Assembly (NCBI GenBank): GCA_964016885.1
Contig: OZ024743.1
Span: 258,168,001-258,232,000 of the forward strand
DNA: 64,000 nucleotides
Source of the DNA: Eledone cirrhosa
Taxonomy: Eukaryota
Direction: 5' to 3'
Shown: in pieces, positions 28,139-40,923 of the stretch
Layout of the letters: each line of letters opens with the position of its first letter
Position numbering within the stretch: the stretch's first letter is position 1
Program-made: the position numbers and the translations under genes
The notes under the pieces: model-generated
What the model was told of the DNA's origin: nothing
The model's database searches: none
What the model saw: only the letters and a program-made list of their open reading frames with translations

Positions 28139-30030
28139 AGACTGCCACGGTACACTGCAAGATTGGGCCACTCTTCCATAAAGACGGTTCATTAACCAAG
28201 AATGCCCAAGAGATAAGTGAAATACTGAACGAACAATACAAATGTGTGTTCACATGTCCACTGAGGCACATGCAAATAACAAAGCCAGAGGATTTCTTTG
28301 ATGCCACAACACTCCATGAAGAAATGACGACCATCAACCAAATAGACAAAATGGAGGAGGATGTGGTATACGCCATAGATGAAGTTAGAACAGACTCAGC
28401 TGCTGGACCTGATGGATTCCCAGCAGTCCTCTTAAAAACATGTAAGCAGGCCTTAGCAACTCCACTGACGGCGCTCTTCAGAAGCGCCTTGGCTAGTGGT
28501 AGACTAACCAGGGAGCTGAAAGAAGGCACAATATGCCCTATCCATAAAGGAGGTAGCAGTGCGGAGGCCAAAAACTATAAGCCAGTCTCCCTGACGTCAC
28601 ATATCAGTAAGGTCATGGAGTGAATCATCAGAAAGAAACTGATCACTTCCCTCGAGGAAAACAACCGCCTGACTAGCATGCAGCATGGCTTTCACCCAGG
28701 AAGAAGCTGCCTTACACAGATGCTACATCACTATGACTGGGTACTGAAACAACTACTAGATAGTGTACATGTGAATATGATATATCTTGACTTTGTGAAG
28801 GCCTTTGACAAGGTCAACCATGGAATGATATGTCACAAACTACACAGACTCAGCATAACTGGAAAAGTAGGTGAGTGGCTGCATGACTTCTTAAAGGACA
28901 GAAGCCAGACAGTCGCAGTAAATGGGGCCCTCTCAAAGGAAACATCAATAACAAGTGGGGTGTGCCAAGGAACAGTCCTGGGACCACTACTGTTTTTGGT
29001 GGCTCTCTCAGACTTGCCCTCTGTAGTACATACAACATCCCTCACTAGCTATGCTGATGACACTAAGGCAGCACAGGCAATCAAAGACCCGGCTGACGCT
29101 GCCTTTTTACAACAAGATCTGGATGCCATATACAAATGGGTGGAAGACAACAACATGAAGTTTAATGCTGGCAAATTTCAAGCCCTACAATACAAACCTG
29201 CAAACACAAATACAGTACAACACAGTTACACTGGACCAGGAGGGACCAATATTCCTGTTTTGAAATCGATACGAGACCTGGGTATAGACATGAGCGATGA
29301 AGCATCTTTTTCCTCACACATCATGAAAGTGGCGACAATGTGCAGACAACTTGCTGGCTGGATCTTGAGGACTTTCCGGACAAGAGACCGAGACACCATG
29401 TTGACACTATGAAGGACATTTGTCCTAAGCCGCCTGGACTGTTGCTCCCAGTTGTGGTCACCCCATAGTATCAAACTAACCACGGAGCTTGAGGCAATCC
29501 AGCAAAGCTACACCAAGAGGATTGCCACGATGAAGGAGATAAGCTACAGGGAGAGGCTAAAAGAAATGAACCTCTACTCCTTGGAACGAAGAGGGGAGAG
29601 ATACGCAGTGATCTACATGTGGAAAATGTTGGAGGGACTAGCACCAAACTTTGGCATTGGGAGCTGGACCAACCCCCGAACAGGACGTCACTGTGTGGTA
29701 CCAAAAGTCCCGTCTTCCACATTAAGAATAAGGAGCAGATATTGCAATAGGCTGGGGTTCAAGGGCCCTCAACACTTCAGCAAGCTGCTGAGGGATCTGA
29801 GAGATCTGCATGGTGTGGATGTGGATGTTTTCAAGAGACATCTCGACACCTTGCTATCCAGGATCCCGGATGAACCCACAGCAAGGCACGAGGGAAACCT
29901 AAGGGCAGCAGCAACGAACTCCCTCTTGCACGAGTGGCCAACCAATACAGGCTGGAGATAAAATGTGTAGCAACAAGGGTGGTGCCCCAGCATGGCCTCA
30001 ACCGGATGGCTGGGACAGACAGGTAAAAGA
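28139..30030 (+). mobile_element. CR1/L2-group LINE, 5'-truncated RT pseudogene
   Basis: AAGPDG, NYKPVSLTSH, QHGF, YLDFVKAFD, QGTVLGPLLF, YADD, RDLGI and WSPH in one frame with nonsense stops. Confidence 0.92.
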
Positions 30031-30096
30031 GTTCCCATCCCACCCTTGCAAGCAGGAAAAAGCGGACGTAAAATGAAAAAATATATATATATATAC

Positions 30097-31940
30097 AGTA
30101 ACAGATTTAAAGATATTCTACTCGACGCCTATGACAGTAAAGAAGAACAGATAGAGACATTCAATGTAGAAGAGCACTGGGAGTTCCTAAAAAATAACTT
30201 ACTAAGGGCGATGAACGAGATCTGTGGTTGGAGCAAGTCCACTGGGAGGAGGAGAGTGACTTGGTGGTGGAATAATAAGGTAGATGAGGCAGTTAAGGCT
30301 AAGAGACAGGCATGGAAAAATGGAAGAACGGGGGAAGCAGGGTACATTACATAGAGACCAGGAGGGAAGCTAGGCGACAAGTATACTTAGCTAGGGAAGC
30401 AGAGGATAGAAAATTCAAGCATGTTTTGCAACGTGAGGACCAGAAACAGGAGGTGTTCAAGATTGTGAGGCAGTGTGTCAGGAGAATTGGAGAGAAATGT
30501 ATCCGGAATAATACAGGTGAGCTTGCCCTCACAAGTGCTGAGAAGAAAGCTGCATGGAAGAGCCATTATGAAAGATTACTAAATGAAGAGAATGCATGGG
30601 AAAAAGAGATCCTACCCTAAGCGGGCCCTATAGAGGGGCCAGCAGTGCAAGTCAACAGCAGCGTAGTAAGTAAGGCAATCAAAGATATGAAGACTGGGAA
30701 GGCAACCGGTCCATCGGGTATAGCTGCCACGATGCTGAAGGCATCTAGGTCGGTAGGTCACACCATAACCACATGAATTGTTAACCAGGTAATACGAGAG
30801 GTTATCATATCAAAGGATTGGTGCAGCAGCATCATTGTCAACTGCTACAAGGGTAAAGGTGATGAACTAGATAGAGGAAACTATAGAGGTATAAAGCTGA
30901 CGGGCCAGGTCATGAAAGCAGCGGAAAGAGTTATAGCACAGTTGATTAGGGAGGGCTTGTCCCAGGAAAAGGCACCACTGATGCCCTCTTCTTTGTGAGG
31001 CAGTTACAGGAAAAGAACCTAACTAAAAGTAAGCCACTCTACCTGGCATTCGTCGATCTGGAAAAAAGCCTTCGACAGAATCCCCCGTGCTATAATCTGG
31101 TGGGCTCTTAGAAAATTAGAAGTAGATGAATGGCTTGTGAAAGCGGTACAAGCCATGTATAGAGGAGCAATCAGCAAAGTTAGGATTAGCAATGTCTATA
31201 GCAAAGAATTTAGCTTACAGCTCGGTGTCCACCATGGCTCTGTTCTTAGCCCTATCCTGTTCATTATAGTTTTGCAGACAATAACGGAGGAGTTTAAGAC
31301 CGGATGCCCATGGGAACTTCTATATACAGATGATCTTGCACTTATAGCTGAATCTATAGTGGAACTAGAGAAGAAATTCCAAACATGGATGCAGGGACTA
31401 GAAAGAAAGGGTCTCAAAGTCAACCTGACAAAGACAAAGGTTCTTGTAAGTAGACGAGAAAACAGAACCCAGATCCCCTCGGGGAAATGGCCTTGCTCAG
31501 TATGTAGGAAAGGTGTAGGTAGGAACTCCATCCTCTGCCCCAAATGCATAAAATGGGTATACAAGAGATGTAGTGGGATCTCAGGAAGCTTAAACTAAGG
31601 ATTTATAGATATGTAGCAGCTGCACTGGGACAGCAAGCAGCAAACGGCCACAGGAAACAAGCACCACCAAACTCTGGGAGGGCTCTGTAGAAACAGTAGA
31701 CAGCTTCTGCTACCTAGGTGACCGAATTAGCAGCGGAGGTGGGTGTTTGGAAAGTACAATAACTAGGGTAAGAACGGGATGGAAGAAGTTCAGGGAGCTA
31801 CTGCCACTGCTAGCTTAAAAATGCTTTTCCCTAAAGAAGACCTGCGTTGAGGTGATAAAAGCCCACTGCAAAGTGGTCATGGAGGTGCCACGGCAAAAAA
31901 GCACCCAGCCCACACTGTAAAGTGAACGTGTAGGCGCCAC
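30097..31940 (+). mobile_element. RTE LINE fragment, a divergent subfamily, decayed
   Basis: TWWWN, HGSVLSP, LLYTDD and WPCSVCRKGVG, with multiple stops and deletions. Confidence 0.9.
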
Positions 31941-32130
31941 TTTATAATATATATATATTATATATATATTATATATATATTATATGCTTATATCATATAT
32001 ATATTATATTTTTATATCATATATATATATATATTATATATATGTATTATATATATATAATGTATATATTTATATATATATAATATATATATTATATATA
32101 TATGTTATATATATATAATATATATATATA

Positions 32131-32318
32131 TAATTGTTTCTACTTTAGGCACAAGGCCAGCAATTACCCAGTGCATTACTGGTACTTTATTTTATCGACC
32201 CCGTAAGGATGAAATGCAAAGTTAACCTCGGCGGGATTTGAACTCAGATCATAAAGGGAGGTAACTCTATGCCTCAAAGCATGGCGTCCGACCCTTACCG
32301 ATACTACCAATCCACCGA
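32131..32318 (-). mobile_element. SINE family A
   Basis: Reverse complement of 5140-5335. Confidence 0.85.
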
Positions 32319-32597
32319 CTCTTTTATATATATATATAATGTATATATTTATATATATATATATATATATAAAATATATACGTCTAAACCCATGCTAGTG
32401 TGGAAGATAGACGTTAAACGATGATGATGATGATATACATAATATATATATATTGTATATATTTATCATATATATCATATATTATACATATATATATTAT
32501 ACATATATTATATATATGTTATATATATATTATATATATATTATATATTATATATTATATATTATATATTATATATATATTATATATATATAATAAT

Positions 32598-33398
32598 GAA
32601 AATATTGTGTACAGTCCTCAGGTGCACAACTCATCGAAAAGTGTATATATAGTACATAGGGTTATGTACAAACGTCAGGAAAATGAACAGTGCATAAGTC
32701 ATGATATACATGTGTGCATGTGTATGGAAGGGGTACATCAGGTGTAGTTTTGGCGAATTTCGGGAAGCATGAGGCTTTTAAAGGATGCAGTGTCTCGGCA
32801 GCTAACAACTGACGCAGGCAGTTTGTTCCATGCTTCAGCAACTTTAAGCGTGAAAAAATGATTCCGAAAGTCATGGGAGTTGTGCTGTTTTCTGATTTTG
32901 TAGGCATGTCCACATGTGTTAGACACATGGAGATCAAAAAGGTCCTCAGGGTTGTTGTTGGCGAGATGGTTAATAACTTTGTGGGTGTTTACCAAGTCCA
33001 TTGCCAGATGTCGGAGCTTCAATGAATCCATGCCCAGGGAAGCAAGGCGTTCAGAGTATGGAAGGTGTCTGATGGAGGGTATGCGCTTGGTTGCACGTCT
33101 CTGAACAGTTTCCAGGAGGTCAATGTTCTGAGCAAGATAGGGGTTCCAGACTGATGATGCGAATTCCAAGTGTGGTCGTACCATAGCTGTATACAGCTTT
33201 AAATAGATGGCTGGAGAGTGGCTAAGAAAGGTCTTGCTGAGTGATGCCAAGACACCTTCGGCCTTCTTGACAATCTTGTCCAATGCAAGTCGTTGTTGAC
33301 AGTAATGCCTAGGTCACGTTCACAAGAGGACTTCTTGATATCAGTGTTGTGGAGGGAGTATGTGGACACTGGATTTTTCCTCCCAAAACGCATGGTGT
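32598..33398 (-). mobile_element. CR1-type LINE 3' fragment
   Basis: ERDLGI, LYTAMVRPHLEFASSVWNP, LETVQRRATK and FFTLKVAEAWNKLP. Confidence 0.9.
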
Positions 33399-33637
33399 CA
33401 CGACAAAAAACACACAGTCCACGCTGTAATGTGGCCGTGTAGGTAACACGGTAAAAACCTCCGAGTCCACACTGTAAACGTGGTTGGTGTTAGGAAGGGC
33501 ATCTAGCCGTAGAAAATCCGCCAGACAGTCTTATGCAAGCAGGACAACCAATCTTGCCTCAAGTGGGAAAACTCCTGTCCAAACCCATGCAAGCGTGGAA
33601 GATGGACGTTAAACGATGATGATGATGATGATGATGA
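33396..33637 (+). mobile_element. RTE 3' tail
   Basis: Reverse complement of about 13785-14025; ends in (GAT)n. Confidence 0.85.
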
Positions 33638-33638
33638 T

Positions 33639-33670
<32 letters not shown>

Positions 33671-33749
33671 ATATTATATATATATATATATTATATATAT
33701 ATATTATATATATATATAATATATATATATTCATTCATTCATTCATTCA

Positions 33750-34002
33750 TTTCATTTTACGTCCACTTTTTCCCTGCTTGCAAGGGTGGGACGGGAACTG
33801 ATTCTTGTTTGATTTCTACAGCTGGATGCCCTTCCTAACACCAACCTCATTTACAGTGAGTGCTGGGTGCTTTTTGCCGTGGCAGCTCCACAACCACTTT
33901 GCAGTGGAATGATATGGACCTCAGTCCCTATCATCTCATTACTACACCTGATAAACTGGAGCAATGTGAAATAAATTGTCTTGCTCAAGGAAACAACACA
34001 TC
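33750..34002 (-). mobile_element. SINE family B, headless
   Basis: Matches the reverse complement of about 5895-6150. Confidence 0.8.
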
Positions 34003-34130
34003 ATATATATTATATATATAATATATATTATATATATATATATATATATAATATATATATATTTTGTATATATAATATATATATATAATTATATATAATA
34101 TTTATATATATAATATATATATATATAATA

Positions 34131-34657
34131 TTTCGTTTCTGAATTTGTTTAGCAAGATTTTGTATCTGAAAACGTGTGTTGAAACCGATATTGTTATTCT
34201 TTGGGAGGGTCATGTTGCCAATAAGAAACACACGCACCAGTTGCTTTCACTTCAATTTATTATAAATTAAATTCATAAATTTATAAATTTCCGGTTGGTT
34301 GGTTCCACAACCAGACGATTGTAAATAAACAAATAAGTAAACTAATATAAACACACACAGACACCTGGATGTAACACATGCGCAAACTAAGCACACAACA
34401 CACACAAAAACAAGATGGCATAGGTCAGAACAAAGGAGAGGCACAAAAACAAGAAAAGAATCCTCAGTCACTGAAGAGGTCACAGAATGTGAGACGAAAG
34501 AACTTTGACAATATATGAACAATCGTCTGGTTGTGGAACCAACCAACCAACCGGAAATTTATAAATTTATAAATTTAATTTATAATAAATTGAAGTGAAA
34601 GCAACTGGTACGTGTGTTTCTTATTGGCAACATGACTCTCCTAAAGTATAACAATAT
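34131..34657. mobile_element. Penelope pLTR plus inverted pLTR carrying only the ORF N-terminus
   Basis: Inverted arms about 34188-34322 and 34519-34657. The minus arm encodes MTLPKNNNIGFNTRFQIQNLAK, homologous to the N-terminus of the 40397-44817 element. Confidence 0.8.
34467..34509 (+). ncRNA. Minimal type I hammerhead
   Basis: gtca-CTGAAGA-g-gtcacagaatgtgagac-GAAA-gaac-TT-tgac. Confidence 0.7.
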
Positions 34658-35105
34658 ATATAATATATATCCTAAACGGACGGTAGTCCGTTTAGTAATA
34701 TTGTTGTGGTCGTGTTTTCGTTGGCAATCGTCTGTTTACGACAGTACAGCGCGGCTCTACTTTATTTAACTGAGATAAAACTTATATGAGCATGAACAGT
34801 AGATCATTACGCATCTTTTGGCTTAAAAATCTAGAAATTTGGTCCAGCGGGAAAAAGTTTATAATCAAAGTTTGCTGATAAATCTTGTGTTCAAGTGAGT
34901 GAGTAGTAAGCGTGACGCTAGGGGAGGTAATCCAGAAATGACGTAGCTTTGTCATTATGACGTAGCTTTGTCATTAAGCCAGTTGCCTCAACTAGATTGC
35001 AATTATACTCAAAAGAACTTTAAAATGTCAATCATTTGTCAGTAATTCACTATGATCATTTAATTATTAGATAGTTGTTGCTTGCATTGCCTTAAAAAAT
35101 AGTAG

Positions 35106-36130
35106 ACCAGATAGAAAAATGCGTACAGCAAAAAAAAGTAATATTGTTGGAATATAAACCTTTAAAAATACAGGACAAGAAACTAAAATAAAACTTTAAA
35201 AGAATAGGACAAGAATCTAAGATAAAACTTTAAAGAATTGGACAAGAAATAAAAAATTTTACAATAATATTAGTGGCAAAATTTTCTTATTCGTTTCCTG
35301 TGCTATGCCACAGTATCTTCTTGATTAGTGCATAATAATTGTCATGCTCTCATTGTGCGTTGCCCCTGAGCGGTTGGTTCTGGTTGGGGTTGGTTGGCTG
35401 AGCAGTTCTGCTCCGTCAGAATGACCATTGCAAGAAGAATTGGCCGATGCAGCTGCAGGTCTCCTCCAAAAATGCACTTCTGGTCCCGCAACACCAGACG
35501 AAGATGGAGAAGACGACCGGGACAAGATGTCGACTCTGACCACCGACTGCGGCACCTCCCTCAACCACCGGTCCTCCCTCCCTCTGTCCCGTCATCCCTC
35601 CAGTCCTCCTGCTCCCCCTTCCTGTACCAGAAAGCTGTGGCACGCATTCATCTGGACTGCCGGACTTGAACTCAAGGACAAGATGCAAAGAGAAGATGGA
35701 CGGGTTGGTCAAGATCAAGGATGAGCGGGACGACAAGACCGTCCGCTGCTACTCAAGATCTGTGCTCATGGGCCCATGGGTCCATTCACATTATGCATGA
35801 CACATGAGGCGTGTCGCCGAATGATGAAATACGGGTATGGTTATGGCCCAATTGGTGTTCAAACCAGGATCAAATGATCCCCCGGTCTGACGACGACCTC
35901 TGAATGTGGAACCCAGAGCCTATGAATGTGGAACTCGATTTTTTACCAATAAAAATTTTGCCACTAATATTATTGGAAAATTTTTTATTTCTTGTCCAAT
36001 TCTTTAAAGTTTTATCTTAGTTTCTTGTCCTATTCTTTTAAAGTTTTATTTATTTTCTTGTCCTGTATTTTTAAAGGTTTATATTCCAACAATATTACTT
36101 TTTTTTGCTGTACGCATTTTTCTATCTGGT
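35106..36130. repeat. Foldback element: about 185-bp inverted arms with ~31-bp subrepeats around a GC-rich core
   Basis: Arms about 35106-35290 and 35948-36130; GGACAAGAA recurs three times per arm. Confidence 0.8.
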
Positions 36131-36525
36131 TATATATATTATATATATATAATATATATTATATATAATATTTATATATATAATATATATATATAATATA
36201 TATATATATATAATATATATATATATAATATATATATTATATATATATAATATATATATAATATATATATAATATATATATATATAATATATATTATATA
36301 TATATAATATATATATATAACATATATATATAATATATATATATAATATATATATATAATATATATATATAATATATATATAATATATATATATAATATA
36401 TATATATAATATATATATATATATAATATATATATATAATATATATATATAATATATATATATAATATATATATATATATAATATATATATATATAATAT
36501 ATATATAATATATATATATAATATA
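36131..36525. repeat. (TA)n/TAA compound microsatellite
   Basis: Direct observation. Confidence 0.97.
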
Positions 36526-36599
36526 TCAAACCCAGACACAACCGATTCCTACAAAAACTCCGTAGCAACTTAACAGAGTATGATAACACCAATGACATC

Positions 36600-38421
36600 A
36601 TGGTGCATTCGGATAAAACTGGGAACCTATACTTTGTCAACCCTGACAGATACCACACACTGATCAGGAGCAGCCTAAACTCCACCTATAAAAAGGCCAA
36701 CCACTCATGCATCGAGGACATAAATCGAGATGGACAACAAATTACCTCCAGCCTCGGGGTCGCCGACCGCACGGAACCCCTAGACCCACGGACACCATAC
36801 TTCACACGGAAAGACAATAAATCCGATTTTGACCGTAAACCCTCTATCAGGCTTATTAACCCAACGAAGTCCGACATAGGGAGAATCAGCAAAAAAATCC
36901 TAGACCGTGTGATACCAAAAGTCAAGCAACACGCCCGACTTAGCCTATGGATCAACACCCAGGAAGTGAGCTCATGGTTCAGCAATATGGAGGATAAACG
37001 AGACACTAAATTCATACAGTTCGACATAGAGAGCTACTATGCTTCAATCACCTTACCGCTACTTACTGCTGCCTTGGACTTCGCCGAAACACTTGTGCCC
37101 ATCACCGACCAGGAAAGAAAAATCATCCTCCACGCCAGGAAGACAGTCTTACTCTTTGACAACTCTAAATGGATAAAAAGAGCTCCCAACTCACCCTTCG
37201 ACGTCAGCATGGGCGCCACGGATTCGGCGGAGGTCACAGATCTTATAGGATTATTCCTAATAGCCAAACTCACCGATATGTTTCCTGCATTCGGTGGTGG
37301 ATTGTACCGTGATGATGGGCTCCTTACCCTTAAAGGGTACAACCCCAGTAGTACAGATCGGGTCCGGAAACTATTAATTAGCTTCTTCCGCGACTGGGGA
37401 TTTAAAATAACCCTACAAACGTCCCTGACCCGAGTAAACTTCCTGGACGTGACCCTCGACCTCGAAAACGACCTGTACTACCCATACAGGAAACCTAATG
37501 ACAACCTGCACTACATCCACCGCCGATCAAACCATCCTAGGAACATCACAAACAACCTGGTCAAAAACATCTCCCTCCGCATATCCCGTTTGTCAGCTAA
37601 TGAGCGGATATTCGATGAACATGCGCCTTATTACAACCAGGCGTGGTTTCCGGGAGGAAATATCCTACTGTCCAGCTACCATTAGCGGAACCAGCAGGAG
37701 ACACCGCCGCTCACGCAATGTAACATGGTTCAATCCTCCCCACAACGCAGAGGTGACAACTCCCATCGGGAAAATATTCTTTAGGCTCATTGAAAAACAC
37801 TTCCCACTACAACACCACTACCACAACATAATTAACAAAAATACCATCAAACTCTCGTACAGCACTACACGAAACTTCGCACAAAACATCGTCTCCTCTA
37901 ACAACAAAAAACTCAACCCCGATAGAAGAAATAACCTAAATAGCAGTGGAGAGCCGACCAGGAGGTGCAACTGTCCGGATAGATCCATTTGCCCACTCAA
38001 CAATAGATGCAGAGACCGTAATGTGATCTACCAGTGCAACGTGAGGACGGAAACCTCCAACAAAGCTTATATAGGACTAACCGCATGTGACTTCAAGACC
38101 CGGCTATACCAACATAGACATACCTTCCGAAATCCGTCCCGGCGTCATGCCACTACACTTTCGGGCCACATATGGGACCTCAAGGACAACAACATCACCT
38201 ATGATCTCACTTGGAGATTACTGTCCAGAGCCAACTCTTACACGGGAGGACGCCGTTCGTGCAATTTATGCTCGGAGGAAACTTTACAAATGCTGTTTTC
38301 GACGGACCAACTCCTAAACAAGAAAGATGAACTGGTTACTGAATGTAAACATAGATTGCGTAGGACTTACCTCGCCCTCAAACCCCATAATGACCCGGGA
38401 GGGGGTAGACTAGGGCTATAA
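36600..38421 (+). pseudogene. PLE RT plus GIY-YIG endonuclease, one frameshift
   Basis: ORFs 36600-37685 and 37498-38421 join at APYYNQA/GFREEISY. Confidence 0.9.
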
Positions 38422-39541
38422 CACCCTACTTGCAGATTTTGCAATGGGTAACCCCTGCTTGCCAAGGGAGACGTAAGATCTTCTTTTTATTCTTTTATCG
38501 CTTCCTTTATTTCCTTCTTCCCCCATCCCTCCTTAGTCCTTCTACCCCAGTTCTTCTTCTTTGTCGGCGTCTTTTTCTCGCCCACCCGAGGCTGCCCTTT
38601 GGCCCCTTGTAGCTTCAGTACCCCCACCCCTCCCCTAGTCTATGATAGATTTGGCGGACTCCGCTTTTTATAGCAGTTGTGTTAGACCTCGGATACTTGC
38701 CCCCTTTTCCGACCGCTACACTTTTTTCAGTGCCTTCTATATTTCTTAGTGGCACTTATGCCTTAATTTCTCGTTTCAGTATTTCTTTCTTCTCTTTTCT
38801 TTTGGGCGGGGTGGATTCTGAATTTATTTTTCCGTATTCTACCTTTACTTCGCACGAACTTTCATGTAGCTTGTATAAGAACTTTTGTAGCGTGGCGGTA
38901 CCTTTAGAGTTAGCATTAGTATATTTTTTTCGGGACTCAGAATTATTATCTCGTACTAGTTTACTTTACTGCACTGGGTGGTTGCTGGCCTTGTGCCCGG
39001 GGTAGAAACCTTTATTATTTATTTCGTGGTAGTTTCTTTAGTATTTTGGCCCCATTTGTTGACCCGTCACCGTATGATTTACGTACTTATACTTCTTAAA
39101 AGGGTCCTTTCCTATTCCGTCCCACCTAGTTTATTTACTTATTTCGTTATTTCTTTATTTATTTCTTTATTACTTTCTTTCTTTATTTATTTATTTATCT
39201 AGCCTAACAATAGCTAGAGACTTAGGTGGTAGAACTTGCTTATATATTCTTTTTTCTTTACACTTATTCGCTTTTCATCACTCTCAGTATTTTTTCTTTC
39301 ATATATATATTTTTACCCCTCATTGTTCTACCTACCGTTTCGACTTCCTCCCCGTCCCCCTCCCCAGTATCTTCTTTGACCTCATGCCCAGCTATAGCAG
39401 GCACTACCAACGCATGATTGGGTCTACTGCACCCCCTCCACTTTTCTCCTACTGGCAGGTTTAGCCACCATCTCCCCTACTAATTTGCCATCACAGAATT
39501 ACTACTAACTTTTGACAATCACTTTGACCATATATGGAATT

Positions 39542-39635
39542 ACCCCTTGAGAAGCTCGGCTATTTAAATACCAGGATAAATTTTCATTTAGTCCAGGATT
39601 AGCCGTCGAAACGGCTTGAGCAAATCCGTCGGGGT
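39542..39635 (+). ncRNA. Type I hammerhead with U3-A8 core variant
   Basis: acccc-TTGAGAA-g ctc ggcta...tagcc gt c-GAAA-cgg(cttgagcaaat)ccg-TC-ggggt; predicted cleavage after 39630. Confidence 0.75.
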
Positions 39636-39726
39636 CTTACTGGTTCCTATTACCCACTCTACTACCCTAAGTATCGAGTACTTTGGTGCGTTATGGTTCA
39701 CCTGGTTCCTTACCACATTTCCTTCG

Positions 39727-39765
<39 letters not shown>

Positions 39766-40082
39766 AACCAGTAAGACCCCGACAGCTGAGCTCAAGCCGT
39801 TTCGACGGCTAATTCTGGACTAAAAAAAATTTTTTTTAGTCCAGAATTAGCCGTCGAAATGGCTTGAGCTCAGCTGTCGCGGTCTTACTGGTCCCTATTA
39901 CCCACTCTACTACCTCAAGTATTGAGTACTTTGGTGCGTTATGGTCCACCTGGTTCCTTACCACACTTCCTTCGTTATATATATATATTTATATATATAT
40001 GATATATACTTATATATATTTTATATATATAATATATATTATATATTATATTTTTATATATAATATATATATAATATATATA

Positions 40083-40270
40083 TAATTGTTTCTACTTTTG
40101 GCACAAGGCCAGCAATTACCCAGTGCATTACTGGTACTTTATTTTATCGACCCCGTAAGGATGAAAGGCAAAGTTAACCTCGGCGGGATTTGAACTCAGA
40201 ATGGCAAGGGCCGTAACTCTATACGTCAAAGCATGGCGTCCGACCCTCTACCGATACTGCCAATCCACCA
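40083..40270 (-). mobile_element. SINE family A
   Basis: Reverse complement of 5143-5332. Confidence 0.88.
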
Positions 40271-40618
40271 ATATATATATATATATAATATATATATATA
40301 TTATATATATTATATATATATAATATATATATATATTATATATATATAATATATATATGATATATATATTATATAATATATATATATTAGATATATAATA
40401 TTGTTATATTTGGGGAGGGTCATATTTGCGTAATATTGCCAGAATTAATAACAGAACACACTCACTGTTTGGTTGGTTTTCGCTTCTCGCTGTCTTTTAT
40501 ATATATATATCTGCGATCTAACTTACTCGGTCCTCAATGTTGCCATTGACTGACCCGCGGCCAAAAATAATACAGATACAATATAGACACAAACACATAT
40601 ATATAGTTTACATAATTT

Positions 40619-40660
40619 ACATAAATCTTTCGTTGCACATCTGCAACATCGTCAGTGGTG
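40619..40660 (-). ncRNA. Minimal hammerhead in the 3' pLTR
   Basis: CTGACGA-t-gttgca-gatg-tgcaac-GAAA-gatt-TA; stems I and III are weak. Confidence 0.65.
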
Positions 40661-40923
40661 TTATATTCATTGTTCCTCCTGTTGTGTTGTATGTCTACGC
40701 CATTTTTTTTGTTCAGTCTGTCTATATATTTATTTATTTATTTGCTTGTTTGTTTATCTTATTTTATTTTGTCTTCTTTGCGCATGCGTTTGCGTGTGTG
40801 TATAGTGTTATGTGTGATGTGTGACTAGTGTGTATAGTGTTGTGTCTGCTGGGTGACTAGTGTGTGTTTATGTGCTTGTGTATGTATTTATTTATCTTAT
40901 TTTATTTTATTTTATTTACTTAT

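Larger units (their letters stand above)
36526..39975 (+). mobile_element. Penelope-like element, 5'-truncated, with long 3' UTR/pLTR and a downstream palindromic pLTR fragment
   Basis: RT motifs DKTGN, FDIESYY, MGA..SAE, YRDDGL, FLDV. Then WFNPP, CNC..CPL and GIY-YIG VIY..YIG..R..H. Frameshift near 37640. Palindrome at 39761-39898. Confidence 0.92.
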
